Shown: one piece after another, positions 1 through 11,048 of the stretch | How the letters are laid out: the number at the start of each line of letters is the position of its first letter | How positions within the stretch are numbered: the first letter of the stretch is position 1 | Assembly: GCF_037893015.1 (NCBI RefSeq) | Contig: NC_133661.1 | Location: 187,258,809 to 187,322,808, forward strand | Direction of reading: 5' to 3' | From: Macrotis lagotis | Lineage: Eukaryota | DNA: 64,000 nt | Translations under genes and position numbers: made by a program | Notes under the pieces: model-generated | What the model was told of the DNA's origin: nothing | The model's database searches: none | What the model saw: only the letters and a program-made list of their open reading frames with translations

Positions 1-160
1 AATATTTATTCTCATTTTGTACAAATTTTTTTATACATTAATAAAATATTCTTATTTAAGAGTAAACAAAATGCTCTCCCCTCCATAAATATAGACTCGC
101 TTGAGCGATAAAGGGGAGAAAAAAATTAAATTTAAAAGAAAAATAATAGTAAAAATTGTA

Positions 161-302
161 GGTATGGCCAGGTAGCACAATGGATAGAGCACCAGCCCTG
201 GAGCCATGAGCACCTGAGCCCACATCTGGCCCTGTATACCTAACATTCACCCAGCTGTGTGACATGCAAGCCACCCAAACCCTACTGCCCTGCAAAAAAA
301 AA
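161..302 (+). mobile_element. Marsupial tRNA-derived SINE (SINE1/MAR1-like), diverged
   Basis: GGTATGGCCAGGTAGCACAATGGATAGAGCACCAGCCCTGGAGCC...CTGCAAAAAAAAAAA. A/B-box-like head and A-tail. Confidence 0.55.
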
Positions 303-346
303 AATTTAAAAAAGAGCCAAAATAAAACAAAATAGTAATAATAGTA

Positions 347-505
347 GGGGTGGTTGGGTGGTGGACAGAACATTGGCCCTTGAGCCAGGAGCACCCTGGT
401 CCAAATCTGGCCTCAGACACCCAATGATCACCCTGCTATGTGGCCCCAGGCAGGCCACACAGCCCCATTTGCCCTGCACCCCCCCCAAAATAATAATAAT
501 AAAAA
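347..505 (+). mobile_element. Marsupial tRNA-derived SINE, diverged
   Basis: ...GGCCCTTGAGCCAGGAGCACCCTGGTCCAAATCTGGCCTCAGACACCC...GCCCTGCACCCCCCCCAAAATAATAA. Confidence 0.5.
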
Positions 506-966
506 ATGTGCTTGAATCTTTGTTCCAACACTAACAACTCTGTCGTGAGTGGATCACATTCTTTATGATAAGTCCATCACAAAAGTTACTTCCATATTTT
601 TTCCACCATTGCAATTGCTGATTGCAACTCCCTCCTTTCATATTTCTCCACTACCATGTACTATATTTTCTCTCTCCTTTCACTCTGACTCTGCTGTAGG
701 GTAGCTGAGTGGCACAGCACAGATCCCCGACTCTGGGGCCAAGAGGCCCTGAGCCCCCATACCACCCCTTAGGCCCAGTATCCACCTGGCCCTATGGTCC
801 TGGACAGGCCTCCAATCCCAGCCCTTTGCAAGAAGTTGAAAAGAAAATGTGTTATATCTGACCACTCTCCCCCTATGGTCCATCCTCTCCTCCATCATTC
901 ACATCCCCCCTGTCCCCCTGTCCCCTCCTCCCCTCCTTCTTACTCCAGATGCCTATACCCCATTGA

Positions 967-1020
<54 letters not shown>
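967..1020. repeat. (TA)n microsatellite
   Basis: Perfect TA dinucleotide run of ~27 units. Confidence 0.95.
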
Positions 1021-1023
<3 letters not shown>

Positions 1024-1139
1024 CTGTTTCCTCTCCTAACCACCTCTGATGAGAGCGAAGAGTCCCTCATTCCCCCTTGCCATCCCCCCTTCCATATCAT
1101 TGCAATAGCTCATTGTAATAAAGAAAAATCTTATTATGA

Positions 1140-2720
1140 GATATCTTGGCCTATTCCCCCTCTCCTTTTTCTTTCTCCCATTACATTTCCCTTTTTTCTA
1201 TTGACTCCATTTTTATGCCATATTTTATCTTCAAATTCAGCTTTCTCCTGTGTTTCAACTGTAAAAGCTCCTTCTACCTCCTCTATTAACTGAGAAGGTT
1301 CATATGAGTATTATCAGTGTCATTTTTCTATGCAGGAATACATGCAGTTCATCATCATTAAGTCCCTTATATTTTCCCCCTCTCCTCCAATCTCCATGCT
1401 TCACCTGACTCCTGTATCTGAAGATCAAACCTTCTGTTCAGCTCTGGCCATTCCAATAGGAACATTTGAAATTCCCCTGGTTCATTGAAAGTCCATCTTT
1501 TTCCCTGGAAGAGGACAGGACATTCAGCCTTGCTGGGTAGTTGATTCTTGGCTGCATTCTAAGCTCTTTTGCCTTCTGGTGTATTATGTTCCAAGCCCTA
1601 TGAGCTTCCATTGTAGTTGCTGCTAAGTCCTGTGTAATCCTGACTGCAGCTCCACGATATTTGAACTGTGTCCTTCTGTCTGCTTGTAATATTTTCTCTT
1701 TGACTTGGGAGTTCTGGAATTTGGCTATAATATTCTTGGGGGTTGGTTTTTTTGGGATCTCTTTCTCCAGGGGATCTGTGGATTCTCTCCATTTCTATTT
1801 TACTGTAGGAATTCTTTGAAAATGATGTCAAGGCTCTTTTCCTGATCATGACTTTCAGGTATTCCAGTAATTTTTAAATTATCTTTCCTAAGTCTGTTTT
1901 CCATATCAGTTGTTTTTTCAATGAGATATTTCACATTTTCTTCTAATTTTTCATTTTTTTGGTTTTGAAGTACTGAGTCCTGGTTTCTAGTAAATTCATC
2001 AATCTCCCTGAGTTCTATTCTTTGTCTGAAGGATTTGTTCTCCTCAGAGAGTTTTCTTATCTCTTTTTCCATCTGCCCAATTTTGCTTTTTAAAGCATTC
2101 TTCTCCTCAGTAACTTTTTGAACTGTTTTATCCATTTGGCCTAAGCTGGTTTTTAGTATTCTATTTTCTTCAGCGTTTTTTTGGATTTCCTTGACTAAGC
2201 TGCTGACTTCATTTTCGTGTTTTTCCTGCATCTCTCTCATTTCTTTTCCCAGTTTTTCTTCTAACTCCCTCATTTGATTTTCTTTTTTTTTTTTTAGGTT
2301 TTTTTTTGCAAGGCAGATGGGGTTAAGTGGCTTGCCCAAGGCTACACAACTAGGTAATCATTAAGTGTCTGAGACTGGATTTGAACCCAGCTACTCCTGA
2401 CTCCAAGGCTGGTACTTTATCCACTATGCCACCTAGCCGCCTCCCTCATTTGATTTTCAAAGTCTTTTTTGCGCTCTCTCATAGCCTGAGCCCAATTTCT
2501 GTTTTTCTTGGAGTCCTTAGATGCAGGAGCTTGTGCTTCCTCATCTTCAAACTGAGTATTTTGATCCTTCTTGGGTTCATAGGCAAAGTATTTCTCAATG
2601 GTCTTCCTCTTGTTTCTCTGCTTGCTCATTTTCCCAGCCTGAGCCTGGTTTGGGGGTGCTTCCTGAGCTTTTGGGATACTCCCACAAGGATCTCAGTGTG
2701 TGAGGCTCTGTCCTCCCTCC
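1140..2720 (-). mobile_element. L1 (LINE-1) 5' portion with ORF1, interrupted by a nested SINE at ~2290-2443
   Basis: Minus-strand ORFs 2417-2629 (MSKQRNKRKTIEKY...), 1800-2339 (coiled-coil heptads EEKLGKEMREMQEKHENEV... followed by RLRKDNLKITGIPESHDQEKSLDIIFKE) and 1598-1849. All are characteristic of L1 ORF1p. Confidence 0.65.
2290..2443 (-). mobile_element. Marsupial SINE nested in L1 ORF1
   Basis: Plus strand reads TTTTTTTTGCAAGGCAGATGGGGTTAAGTGGCTTGCCCAAGGCTACACAACTAGGTAATCATTAAGTGTCTGAGACTGGATTTGAACCC...CCACCTAGCCGCC, which is the reverse complement of the SINE consensus. Confidence 0.75.
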
Positions 2721-4128
2721 TGGTCTGTGAATGACTATATGCGGCCCCTTCTGCCATGGGGCTGAGGTGGGGGGGGACCCTGCTGTTCTATAGGGGGGCC
2801 TAGACTGAGATCAGGATCTGAATGTGGTCAGAGCCCCAGAGTCCTGTTCCAGGGGCAGAGGACAGAGCTCTGCAGTCTCTCTCTCTCTTCACTCCCCTCC
2901 CTAGGTTCAATGGGCTCATGCCCTGGGGGCTCCTGCTTACTGGCTCTACCTGCTTCTATTTCCTGGATCTGGACTGCCTTGGCCACGCAGCTCACTGTGT
3001 GCTGGGGGGGTGGGGTTGGGCTTCATGTGCTCACTCTGGCAGAGGTCCCCACCCCCACCCCGCTGTTCCCCCAATTTGTGCCCGGTGCTCCCCCGGGGCA
3101 TAGCTCAGGAAACTCCCCCAGGGCTGTGAGCTGCTGCTCCCAGTGCCCTGGGGCTGCCTCTGAAGTTCTTTTGCTCTGGCGGGCCACTCCTCTGGCAAGC
3201 TGCCCCTCCAACCCCAGGGAGCAGAGCTTTTCTGCTCTTTTCCAGGTTACCTTGAGTAGGAGAACTGCCTCACTGGGTCCCTCTGTGGATTCTGTCTCTT
3301 GAAAATTTAGAGTCCTTGGCTTATAAATTTTATGAGAGAGTGCCTAAGACAAGATCCCATCCTTTCTTGTCAATATCTTGGCTCCGCCCCGCCAAAAATT
3401 ATCCTGTTAATGTTTCCTCATTAGTCCACTCTTTTTTCCTTTCTTCTTCAAGGAGCATTCCCATGTTTTCTAGACATTATTTCCTGTCAATGTTGGAAAA
3501 ACTTGCTTAGAGAAATGCTTGGGTATCAAATAAGAGTTTGGTATGGCAGAGAAGAGAAATCCAGTTGGCTTCCTCCAGGAATTCTTCAGAAATTTATAGT
3601 CTTTGGAGAGTTCTTACTGGGGATCCTTTCTCATTGGACATTTTTCCTCTCCAGTTTCATCTCTTAGCCAAGGTTCACTTCCCATATTTGGGGCTTAGTT
3701 TCTTCATCCTATCAAACTCTATATTTCTGAAACTACCATAAGAATGAGAAAGTATTTTAATCTGTCCAGGGACATTGATAGACTTCATAGAATTCATGAA
3801 CCTAGGGAAAATATGTTCTAACTGAATATAGTATTTCCTTTGATTATTTAAAAACTTCATTTAAAAAGGGGCTCTAAAGGTTTCATCAGACTTCAAAGGA
3901 GTCCTTGACACAAAAAAGATTATGAACTCCTGTCTTAGACTAAGTTTTTGAATTCATTTATATACTTTCTTATGGCTTACATTAATCTTGTTTTATTTTA
4001 TTCATTGAGAGAAACATCATTGTTTTCACTGCTAGGAACTTTTGGTGGGAAACTCCCATCATAACTTTCATTGCTTAAAGGGGTATACACCATTGTAGTT
4101 TTTACAGTTTAAGAATCTACATCTCAGG

Positions 4129-4305
4129 ATGGCTAGGTGGTGCATTGGACAGAGCACCAGCCCTGGAGTCAGGAGTACTTGCATTGGATAGAGGAGGACC
4201 TGATTTCAAATCCAGCCTCAGACAATAATTGCCTAGCTGTGTGGCCTTGGGCAAGTCACTTAATCCATTTGCCTTGCAAAAATCTAAAAAACCTTAAAAA
4301 AAAGA
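4129..4305 (+). mobile_element. Marsupial SINE
   Basis: GGATGGCTAGGTGGTGCATTGGACAGAGCACCAGCCCTGGAGTCAGGAGTAC...GCCTTGCAAAAATCTAAAAAACCTTAAAAAAAA. Confidence 0.75.
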
Positions 4306-4496
4306 GAGAAGCTACATCCCAGGCTTTTAACCAACTGGGATCCTACAATATCAGTGATCATGAATTGTATTTGAGTAGATTAAAAAAAACTTGGCCATAT
4401 TTCAGGGATTGTCTATAGATTTCCAGTTGAGGAGGAGAGGGGGTTTGGAGAGAATGGAAGTAAAAAAAAAACAACCTAAAATAAAGTCCAGCTTTT

Positions 4497-4668
4497 TTTA
4501 GGTTGTTGTTTTGTTTTTGTATTTTTGCAAGGCAGTGAGGTTAAGTGGCTTGCCCAAGGCCACACAGCTAGGTAATTATTAAGTGTCTGAGACTGGATTT
4601 GAACTCATTTACTCCTGACTCCTGGGCCAGTGCTCTATCCACTGCTCCACCTAGCCGCCCCAAAAGTC
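4497..4668 (-). mobile_element. Marsupial SINE
   Basis: Reverse-complement consensus ...GCAAGGCAGTGAGGTTAAGTGGCTTGCCCAAGGCCACACAGCTAGGTAATTATTAAGTGTCTGAGACTGGATTTGAACTC...CCACCTAGCCGCCCC. Confidence 0.75.
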
Positions 4669-4883
4669 CAGCTTTTGACTAGAAAAGGACCTTATGAGTT
4701 TGAAGGGTCCAGAGATGATTAATCTTCCATTTTTCCACTGCTATCCTGTCATCATCCAGGGTTATCTTCCTAAGTCAGTATAGTGACTTTAGCAGAGCAC
4801 CCCCTCATTTGAATACAATTCAAGTGCTTGTCATGGCATCACTTCTCCTGATGTCCTGGCCCTCTTCAAGAACGAAGGACAGG

Positions 4884-5040
4884 GGTGGCTAGGTGGTGCA
4901 GTGAATAGAATACCGGCCCTGGAGTCAGGAGGACCTGAGTTCAAATCAGACCTCAGTCACTTAATAATTACCTAACTGTGTGGCCTTGGGCAAGCCACTT
5001 AACCCCACTGCCTTGCAAAAACCTTAAAAAAAAAACAAAA
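4884..5040 (+). mobile_element. Marsupial SINE
   Basis: GGGGTGGCTAGGTGGTGCAGTGAATAGAATACCGGCCCTGGAGTCAGGAGGACCTGAGTTCAAATCAGACCTCAG...CCTTGCAAAAACCTTAAAAAAAAAAC. Confidence 0.8.
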
Positions 5041-5705
5041 AGGAAGGACAAACATCATATCACAAAGTGTAACTCTATTCAAATCACTGAACTTCTCTGA
5101 TTCACTAGCCTAATTTAGAAAATGGGACTATTGCTTGTACATCCTTCCTCCTGGGGCAGTTGTAAGGGAAGTGCTTTATAAATCTTAAAATCCTTCAGAA
5201 CAATGCCATTGGTGGTATCTATATGATTTCTGCTAACCAATTCAATCCAGCAAACATTTTTTAAGCGAAACTACATCAGACTGGGGTAAGTGGGTAGTGC
5301 AATGGATAGAGCTCAAGCTGAATCAGGAAGACTCATCGACCCGAGTTCATATCTGCGCTCTGAGTTCCTGTCCTAGTCACCTCATCTTCTTGCCTCTTTA
5401 AAAGTTCACTCACTCCTCTGTTGAGTGGTTTCCCTTTCTTTGGGAGGTCAACCTACTGTGGGAAGGTGTGATTCCTCAAACAACCTCTCATGCCCCTGGT
5501 GTGCTTCTTTACTACTTATCCCTTGATTATTCTTTTTTCAGGATGGCAGTATAATACACTCTGGGGGAATGTGATTCCCCCCAAATAATCTCTCCTGCCC
5601 CTTACTGCTCATCCTCTCATGGAGGCTTATGTAGACACTGTTGCTGCTACTGGCTTCCAGCTGCCTTTACTCTCTTTCCCTTAGCTTCTGCTATACTACA
5701 AATCT

Positions 5706-5709
5706 GTGC

Positions 5710-5751
<42 letters not shown>

Positions 5752-5972
5752 TATATATATACTATATATCTGTATATATATTATATATCTGTATATATAT
5801 ACTATATATCTGTGTATATATATATACTATATATCTGTATATATTATATATCTGTATATATATACTATATATCTGTATATATATTATATATCTGTATATA
5901 TACTATATATCTGTATATATATTATATATCTGTATATATACTATATATCTGTGTGTATATATATACTATATA

Positions 5973-6011
<39 letters not shown>

Positions 6012-6040
6012 TTACTATATATCTGTGTACAGATATATGG
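5706..6040. repeat. TA-rich compound minisatellite ((TA)n interleaved with a TATATACTATATATCTG-type ~17-mer)
   Basis: Repeated ACTATATATCTGTATATATATT units are visible across ~335 bp. It generates spurious YIYIYI ORFs. Confidence 0.9.
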
Positions 6041-6064
6041 GGTGTGTGTGTGTGTGTGTGTGTG
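6041..6064. repeat. (GT)n microsatellite
   Basis: GGTGTGTGTGTGTGTGTGTGTGTG directly follows the TA-rich minisatellite. Confidence 0.9.
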
Positions 6065-6195
6065 CAGTAAACTCCAAAAAGGAGACAGCCCGGAGAAGTG
6101 TTCCAGAAAGCCACTGCTCGGGCTCCGTCCTGGCCGAAGCCCTAAGGTCGCTGGCCCTTTAAAACCAGCTTGCACAGGCGCCGAGGAGAAGAAGG

Positions 6196-6312
6196 AAATC
6201 CCGGCCCGGCCCTCCCCGGCCCGGCCCTCCCCGGCCCGGCCCTCCCCGGCCCGGCCCTCCCCGGCCCGGCCCTCCCCGGCCCGGCCCTCCCCGGCCCGGC
6301 CCTCCCCGGCCC
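6196..6312. repeat. GC-rich 15-mer minisatellite (GGCCCGGCCCTCCCC)x~8 inside the CpG island/promoter
   Basis: CCCGGCCCGGCCCTCCCCGGCCCGGCCCTCCCC... gives 8 near-perfect tandem copies. It translates as (PARPS)n or (GPALP)n in the ORF track. Confidence 0.95.
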
Positions 6313-6479
6313 GGCCTGCCGATCCTCCCCCAATCCAGGGCCCGGCCCTCGGCCCCTCCTGCTCTGTTCTTCCCCAGCCCCAGCCCGACAAGTCGGGGTC
6401 TCCCCTGCGGGCCAGGTTCGCTTTCTCGGGGGGTCTCCGTCTTTGGCGCCCGGCCCGGCCCCGCTGTCCCATCTCTGCC

Positions 6480-6606
6480 CCGGCTGGGCGCGGCTGGCGG
6501 CGGCCCTTCTTCTTCCGCATGCCGGCGCCCTCCCCTCTCCCGAGCCGGGATTCCTTCCTCCCGCACTGCGCCTGCTGCGGCCGTTCCGAGGAGGGCTGGA
6601 GCCCAG
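6480..6606 (+). other. TEP1: TEP1 non-coding exon 1 (5' UTR; 5' boundary approximate)
   Basis: GC-rich segment ending in ...GGCTGGAGCCCAG|GTAAGC, a strong splice donor. The next downstream exon carries the ATG after a 9-nt leader. Confidence 0.4.
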
Positions 6607-6977
6607 GTAAGCCACCTCCGCCCTTCCTCCCTCCCGGGGGCCGCCCTGGGAAGGGGCCGGCCGTGCCGAGCGCTGGGACGGTCAGGGGGCCGCCGCCGGG
6701 AGAACGGGCTCCGGGGATGGTGTCTCCTGGAGCCCGGACCCCCGGGGGCCGCCCGGAGCCCTCTCTCCCGGCCCAGGGCAGAGTTGGTATTCTGATGCTC
6801 TCCCTCCTCCTTCCAGAAGCTTCCCTTCCAGGCTCTCATCGTGCACTTGTCAGTGGGAAAGCGCCCCAGAGAGTGTTAGAGAAGTGGGGCGCATGTCAGT
6901 AGTTTTAGTGTCACCCGCCGGGGTGGGGGACCCGCGTGTCTAGTGGGGAGACTTTCTAAGTTTAGTAGAGAAACTTC

Positions 6978-7100
6978 CTGTGGAAGGAGTCCGGAGGACC
7001 TGCGTTCAAGTCCGGCCTCAGACACTTAATAATTACCTAGCTGTGTGGCCTTGGGCAAGCCACTTAACCTCGTTTGCCTTGGAAAAACTACAAAAAAAAA
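6978..7100 (+). mobile_element. Marsupial SINE (5'-truncated)
   Basis: ...GGAGGACCTGCGTTCAAGTCCGGCCTCAGACACTTAATAATTACCTAGCTGTGTGGCCTTGGGCAAGCCACTTAACC...AAAAAAAAA. Confidence 0.75.
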
Positions 7101-7164
7101 ACCCTACTATATGCCAGCACTTTATAAATATTAAAACATAACGACCCTGGGATGTAGGTGCTGT

Positions 7165-7240
7165 TTTTAATCCCCATTTTACAATTGAGGAAACTGAGGA
7201 AGAAAGGTTAAGTGATTAAGGAGACAGCACCTGGCATCAG
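7165..7240 (-). mobile_element. MIR-family SINE fragment
   Basis: CATTTTACAATTGAGGAAACTGAGGAAGAAAGGTTAAGTGATTAAGG is the reverse complement of the MIR core (…CCTCAGTTTCCTCATCTGTAAAATGG…). Confidence 0.5.
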
Positions 7241-7774
7241 GCCCCTCTGGGCAGGGAGGCCTTAACCAAACTTTGCCCTGGAAAACAGGGCGTGGCCTGA
7301 AGGGGTCTGTTTGGGCCTGCCCTCCCCTGGGCTGATTGAGGAAGGGCTGAGCTAAGGAACTCTGAACTGCGATATTATCTTCCAGGTGGCTGCAGCCCTG
7401 CAATGCAAATTTGGGCCTTTCCTAGGCTCTGTATCCTGGTTGAGAGCATTGCTGTGAGCCTATAGTTTTCCTATTCCAGATCTATTGAGGTCCCACCGCT
7501 TCCTTGAAGTGGTCCGGGACTGAAAAAGATTTCTCACCTCAAAAACTTTTCAAGCACTTTATTAGAGAAGTTTAGTGACTTAACTGTGATCCTTCATCCA
7601 GTCAGTGTCTGCCTGAGATTTGAAAACAAATTTTTCTGACTTCAAAAGCAGTAATTTCAGCTATGCCTCGATGACTCATTTTTAAACCATCAATACTATT
7701 TCAAATGTTTGGATAAACAGAAAAGGAATCCAGTTTGGGTAAATGCATTTCTTATGTTTTCTGTTAGCTGATGA

Positions 7775-7775
<1 letters not shown>

Positions 7776-7826
<51 letters not shown>
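7776..7826. repeat. (TAA)n microsatellite
   Basis: AATAATAATAATAATAATAAT... run of ~17 units. Confidence 0.95.
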
Positions 7827-7828
<2 letters not shown>

Positions 7829-8265
7829 GGCAGGAGCTCAATTAGTGTATCTGTCTTCATATCCCCAGAATGAACATGGAATGATGCTGTCTGTGAACTT
7901 TAATGAAGTTCATTTACTTCATCAGGATCATTGTTTAGATTCAATAGAAGTTTTCTGAATTCTAATTAGAATATTTACACAAACTGAACTTTAGTAAATG
8001 TCCCTTTTCCTTATAACTCTTGGTTATTTGTACCCTAGACTCTTTTTACTCTTACCCCTTTTATTACAACTTTGCTTGTCCTTTTCATGCCTCCCCCCAA
8101 CCCCCACTGTGATTCTTCCAGTTTGGAAAAAAAATCTGTTTCTGAGTTCTACTTTTTTATGCTATGAAAAGATAGGACAGCTAGCAAAAAAAGTTCCATC
8201 CATTGGGGAGATCTATACAGTAGGTCTGTTTCTCTACTCAGGTACCTACCTGTCAGATCAAAATC

Positions 8266-8541
8266 ATGAAGAGAAAAGGTTTGGAACCCTTTGGACGGCC
8301 ATCTGTTCTCTCTCTGGAGAACAGTATCCTGACTCAATCATCCAGCCTTCGGAGTACTACTGTCTTGGCAAGCCATTTGCTTCAACCTCTCCAGACATCC
8401 CATGTGACTGAGACTTCCCTAAAGGACATGGATAACAGAAACCACCTCTCCTCAGAGCTGGCAGTCTGGAAGGCCCAGGACTTCACACTGGGGCACTTCT
8501 CCAAATGGTCTAAGAAGACTCTAGAAGCATCTAAGTCTCAG
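8266..8541 (+). CDS. TEP1: TEP1 coding exon 1 (start codon; N-terminal TEP1 repeat). Exon begins ~8257 after acceptor ...ACCTGTCAG.
   Basis: ATG at 8266. Translation is MKRKGLEPFGRPSVLSLENSILTQSS...TLEASKSQ and aligns to the human TEP1 N-terminus. Donor CAG|GTAACA at 8541/8542, phase 0. Confidence 0.8.
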
Positions 8542-8699
8542 GTAACAACCCTAGGGACTAGTCTTTATGCTAAGATTCCCTACTTAGTCATTACTTCCTC
8601 CATATTCTATGCCTGTGTTCCCTGTGTATACTGAAGTGATAGCTGATAGCTGAGCCTATGTTTATAAGAATTGGGGGGGGGGTGTGGAGGGAGGCTCCT

Positions 8700-8852
8700 C
8701 CAAGCTTTTTTTTTTTTAACAAGGCAATGGGGTTAAGTGGCTTGTCCAAGGCCACACAGCTAGGTAATTATTAAGTGTCTTGAGGCCGAATTTGAACTCA
8801 GGTACTCCTGACTCCAGGGCCAGCACTCTATCCACTGTGTCACCTAGCTGCC
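8700..8852 (-). mobile_element. Marsupial SINE
   Basis: Poly-T head, then ...GCAATGGGGTTAAGTGGCTTGTCCAAGGCCACACAGCTAGGTAATTATTAAGTGTCT...CACCTAGCTGCCCC. Confidence 0.8.
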
Positions 8853-9039
8853 CCTCCTCCAAGCTTTGATACTACTCCCATTTCAAATTGTCTTTTACTT
8901 TTACCCCTTTTGAAAATCTCTCCAATTTTCCATATTCTGACTAAATGTTTGCTGTTTTCCCAGAAGATTATAGAGTAAGCCAACCCCTGTCTCAAGGGCT
9001 AAATAGCTTGTAAAAACTAAAGAAACTTCTGAAAAATAG

Positions 9040-9190
9040 GGGCAGCTAGGGGTGCAGTGGATAGAGTATGGGCCCTGGAATCAGGAGGACCTGAGTTTAA
9101 ATCCAGTCTCAGACACATAATAATTTCCTAGCTGTGTGACCTTGGGCAAGTCAATTAACTCCTGCCCTGTAAAAACTAAAAAAAAAAATC
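9040..9190 (+). mobile_element. Marsupial SINE
   Basis: GGGGCAGCTAGGGGTGCAGTGGATAGAGTATGGGCCCTGGAATCAGGAGGACCTGAGTTTAAATCCAGTCTCAGACAC...AAAAAAAAAA. Confidence 0.8.
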
Positions 9191-9410
9191 ACACACACGC
9201 ACCCAATCTCTTGCTTTCCTTCTAATTTTTTGCTGCATTTATTTTTATGTGTATGCAAACCCTTTAGTTTAATGTATTCAAAATTATCCATTTTACTTAT
9301 ATCATCTTTATTTTTGATCATAAACTCTTCCCTCATCCTTAGTTATGACAGGTATTTTTTTCATAGTCCCCTAATTTTCTTACGGTATCAACCTTTGTCT
9401 AAATCATGAA

Positions 9411-9880
9411 CCCATTTTTTTTTATTTTAAAGATTTTATCTATTTTGAGTTTTACAATTTTTCCCCTAATCTTACCTCCCCCCCACACACAGAAGGCAAT
9501 TTGTCAGTCTTTACATTGTTTCCATGGTATACATTGATCCAAATTGAATGTGATGAAAGAGAAATCATATCCTTAAGGAAGAACCATAAAGTATAAGAGA
9601 TAGCAAGATCAGACAATAAGTTATCAGTTTTTTTTCCCTAAACTAAAGATAATAGTCCTTGGTCTTTGTTCAAACTCCAGTTTTTTCTCCGGATACAGAT
9701 AGTATTTTCCATTGCAGAGAGCCCCAAATTGTCTCTGATTGTTACACTGATGGAATGAGTGAGTCTATCAAGGTTGATCATCGCCCCCATGTTGCTGTTA
9801 GGATGTATAGTGTTTTTCTGTCATGAACCCATTTTAAGATTATTTTGGTATACAGTGTGAGATAGTGGTCTATGCTTAGT
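9411..9880 (-). mobile_element. L1 3' end fragment
   Basis: Poly-T on the plus strand at 9411, which is the poly-A of a minus-strand element. About 80% similar to the 3' terminus of the L1 copy at 28862-29330. Confidence 0.55.
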
Positions 9881-10289
9881 TTCTGCTAGACTGCTTTCCT
9901 GTTTCCCTAGCTTTTTGTCAAATAATAAATTCTTGCCCTAATAACCTGGTTGTTTGGGTTTGTACTAGATTACTGTAATTTACTTCTGTATTATTATATA
10001 TCTAATTGGTTCCATCGATCACTATATTTCTTATCTAGTACCAAATTGTCTTGATGTTTACCACTAGGTAGTAGAGTTAGAGTATCTGGTACTACTAGGC
10101 TGTCTGCTTTCATTTTTTTCCCCCATTGATTCCCTTGATATACTCAACCTTTTTTTCCTCCATGAATTTTATTTTTCTAGCTCTATACAATAACTCTTGT
10201 AGTCTGATTGGTATGGCAATAAATCAATAAATTAATTTAGGTAATATCATCATTTTTATTATGTTGGTTCAGCTTATTCTACAAGTCAT

Positions 10290-10600
10290 TACTTATCTAA
10301 ATGTTTTGATCTTTCTTTATGGAACCCAAATGTTTCATGAAACGAAAGAGTTTTCTCTTTAGTATGAATTATTTCCTGTGAATTAAAATGTCCATCTCTG
10401 TGAATACTTTCCTATATTATATTAGAAAAGTTTCTTTCCAGTATTCTGTAGAAATGAATAAAGTTGACTGAGTTTGGCTGAGTTATAGATTAGCCTTTAG
10501 TATGTGTCCTTGCTTCAAGACAGTATAGGGCAATGGGTGAGGTAGGAATGGGAGGGAGGGAGAGAATTTGAAACTCAAAATTTAAAAAAAAGTTTTGAAT
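10290..10600 (+). repeat. Interspersed repeat copy A of an unidentified family, possibly a LINE 3' end
   Basis: About 80% identical over ~300 bp to 12027-12312. Shared blocks include TTTCTTTATGGAACC..., GAATTAAAATGTCCATCTCT..., CCTTGCTTCAAGAC... and GGTAGGAATGGGAGGGAGGGA. Confidence 0.45.
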
Positions 10601-11048
10601 AAATAATTGTAATTATATTCACATTGTTCCTATGTGTTTTTGTCAGTAGACTACTGAGTATTTTATACTCCCTGCAATATTTCAAAAAAGAATTTTTGGT
10701 TCTATTTCTGCCTGCTGACTTTTGTTGGTATTTATAATATTTTCTTAATTTTAGAGTGTTACTATGAAAACTGCCCTTTAGTGAACATCTCTTTCTTTTC
10801 CAGTTCCATTTTTCCCCTCCTTAATGTCCCCAGCTTCTCTTTCCCTAGACTCCTTTTGTTCCTATTTACTTTCCCTCCTAGTTAGTAGAATCTCTACTGA
10901 GTTGGCCTCAGTCCAAAAAATATCCTGATTTGATTCTGCCTGCTTGTCTCCTGAAATATTGATAGGATGACTGGGGTAAAACAGGATGATTTTCCCCTAT
11001 CCAGTACCATTCAGAAGAATCTATACACTGAATCTCTCTCTTCTTTCA

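Larger units (their letters stand above)
6060..6900 (+). promoter_or_regulatory. TEP1: CpG island / putative TEP1 promoter region. Very high GC and CpG density, in contrast to AT-rich flanks.
   Basis: GC/CpG-rich block directly upstream of and including the first (non-coding) exon, whose donor GTAAGC is at ~6607. Position is typical of a vertebrate housekeeping-type promoter. TSS not determinable from sequence. Confidence 0.6.

Noticed and set aside
1598-2629. Minus-strand ORFs of 70-179 aa that could look like a host gene upstream of TEP1
   Set aside because: They are L1 ORF1p, with coiled-coil heptads and an RLRKDNLKITGIPE motif, and belong to a truncated LINE interrupted by a SINE. This is not a cellular gene.
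1-5640. Searched upstream of the TEP1 promoter for the 3' end of a neighbouring gene. KLHL33 was expected by synteny
   Set aside because: Only SINEs, an L1 5' fragment and simple repeats are evident. No exon-like ORFs with recognisable similarity were found.
5641-6902. Long overlapping ORFs on both strands, including a 398-aa ORF at 5706-6902 and ORFs of 184-226 aa on the minus strand
   Set aside because: They translate tandem repeats ((TA)n giving YIYIYI, the GC 15-mer giving PARPS/GPGRG) and CpG-island sequence. Composition is low-complexity and there is no homology or sensible start. They are artefacts of repeat and GC content.
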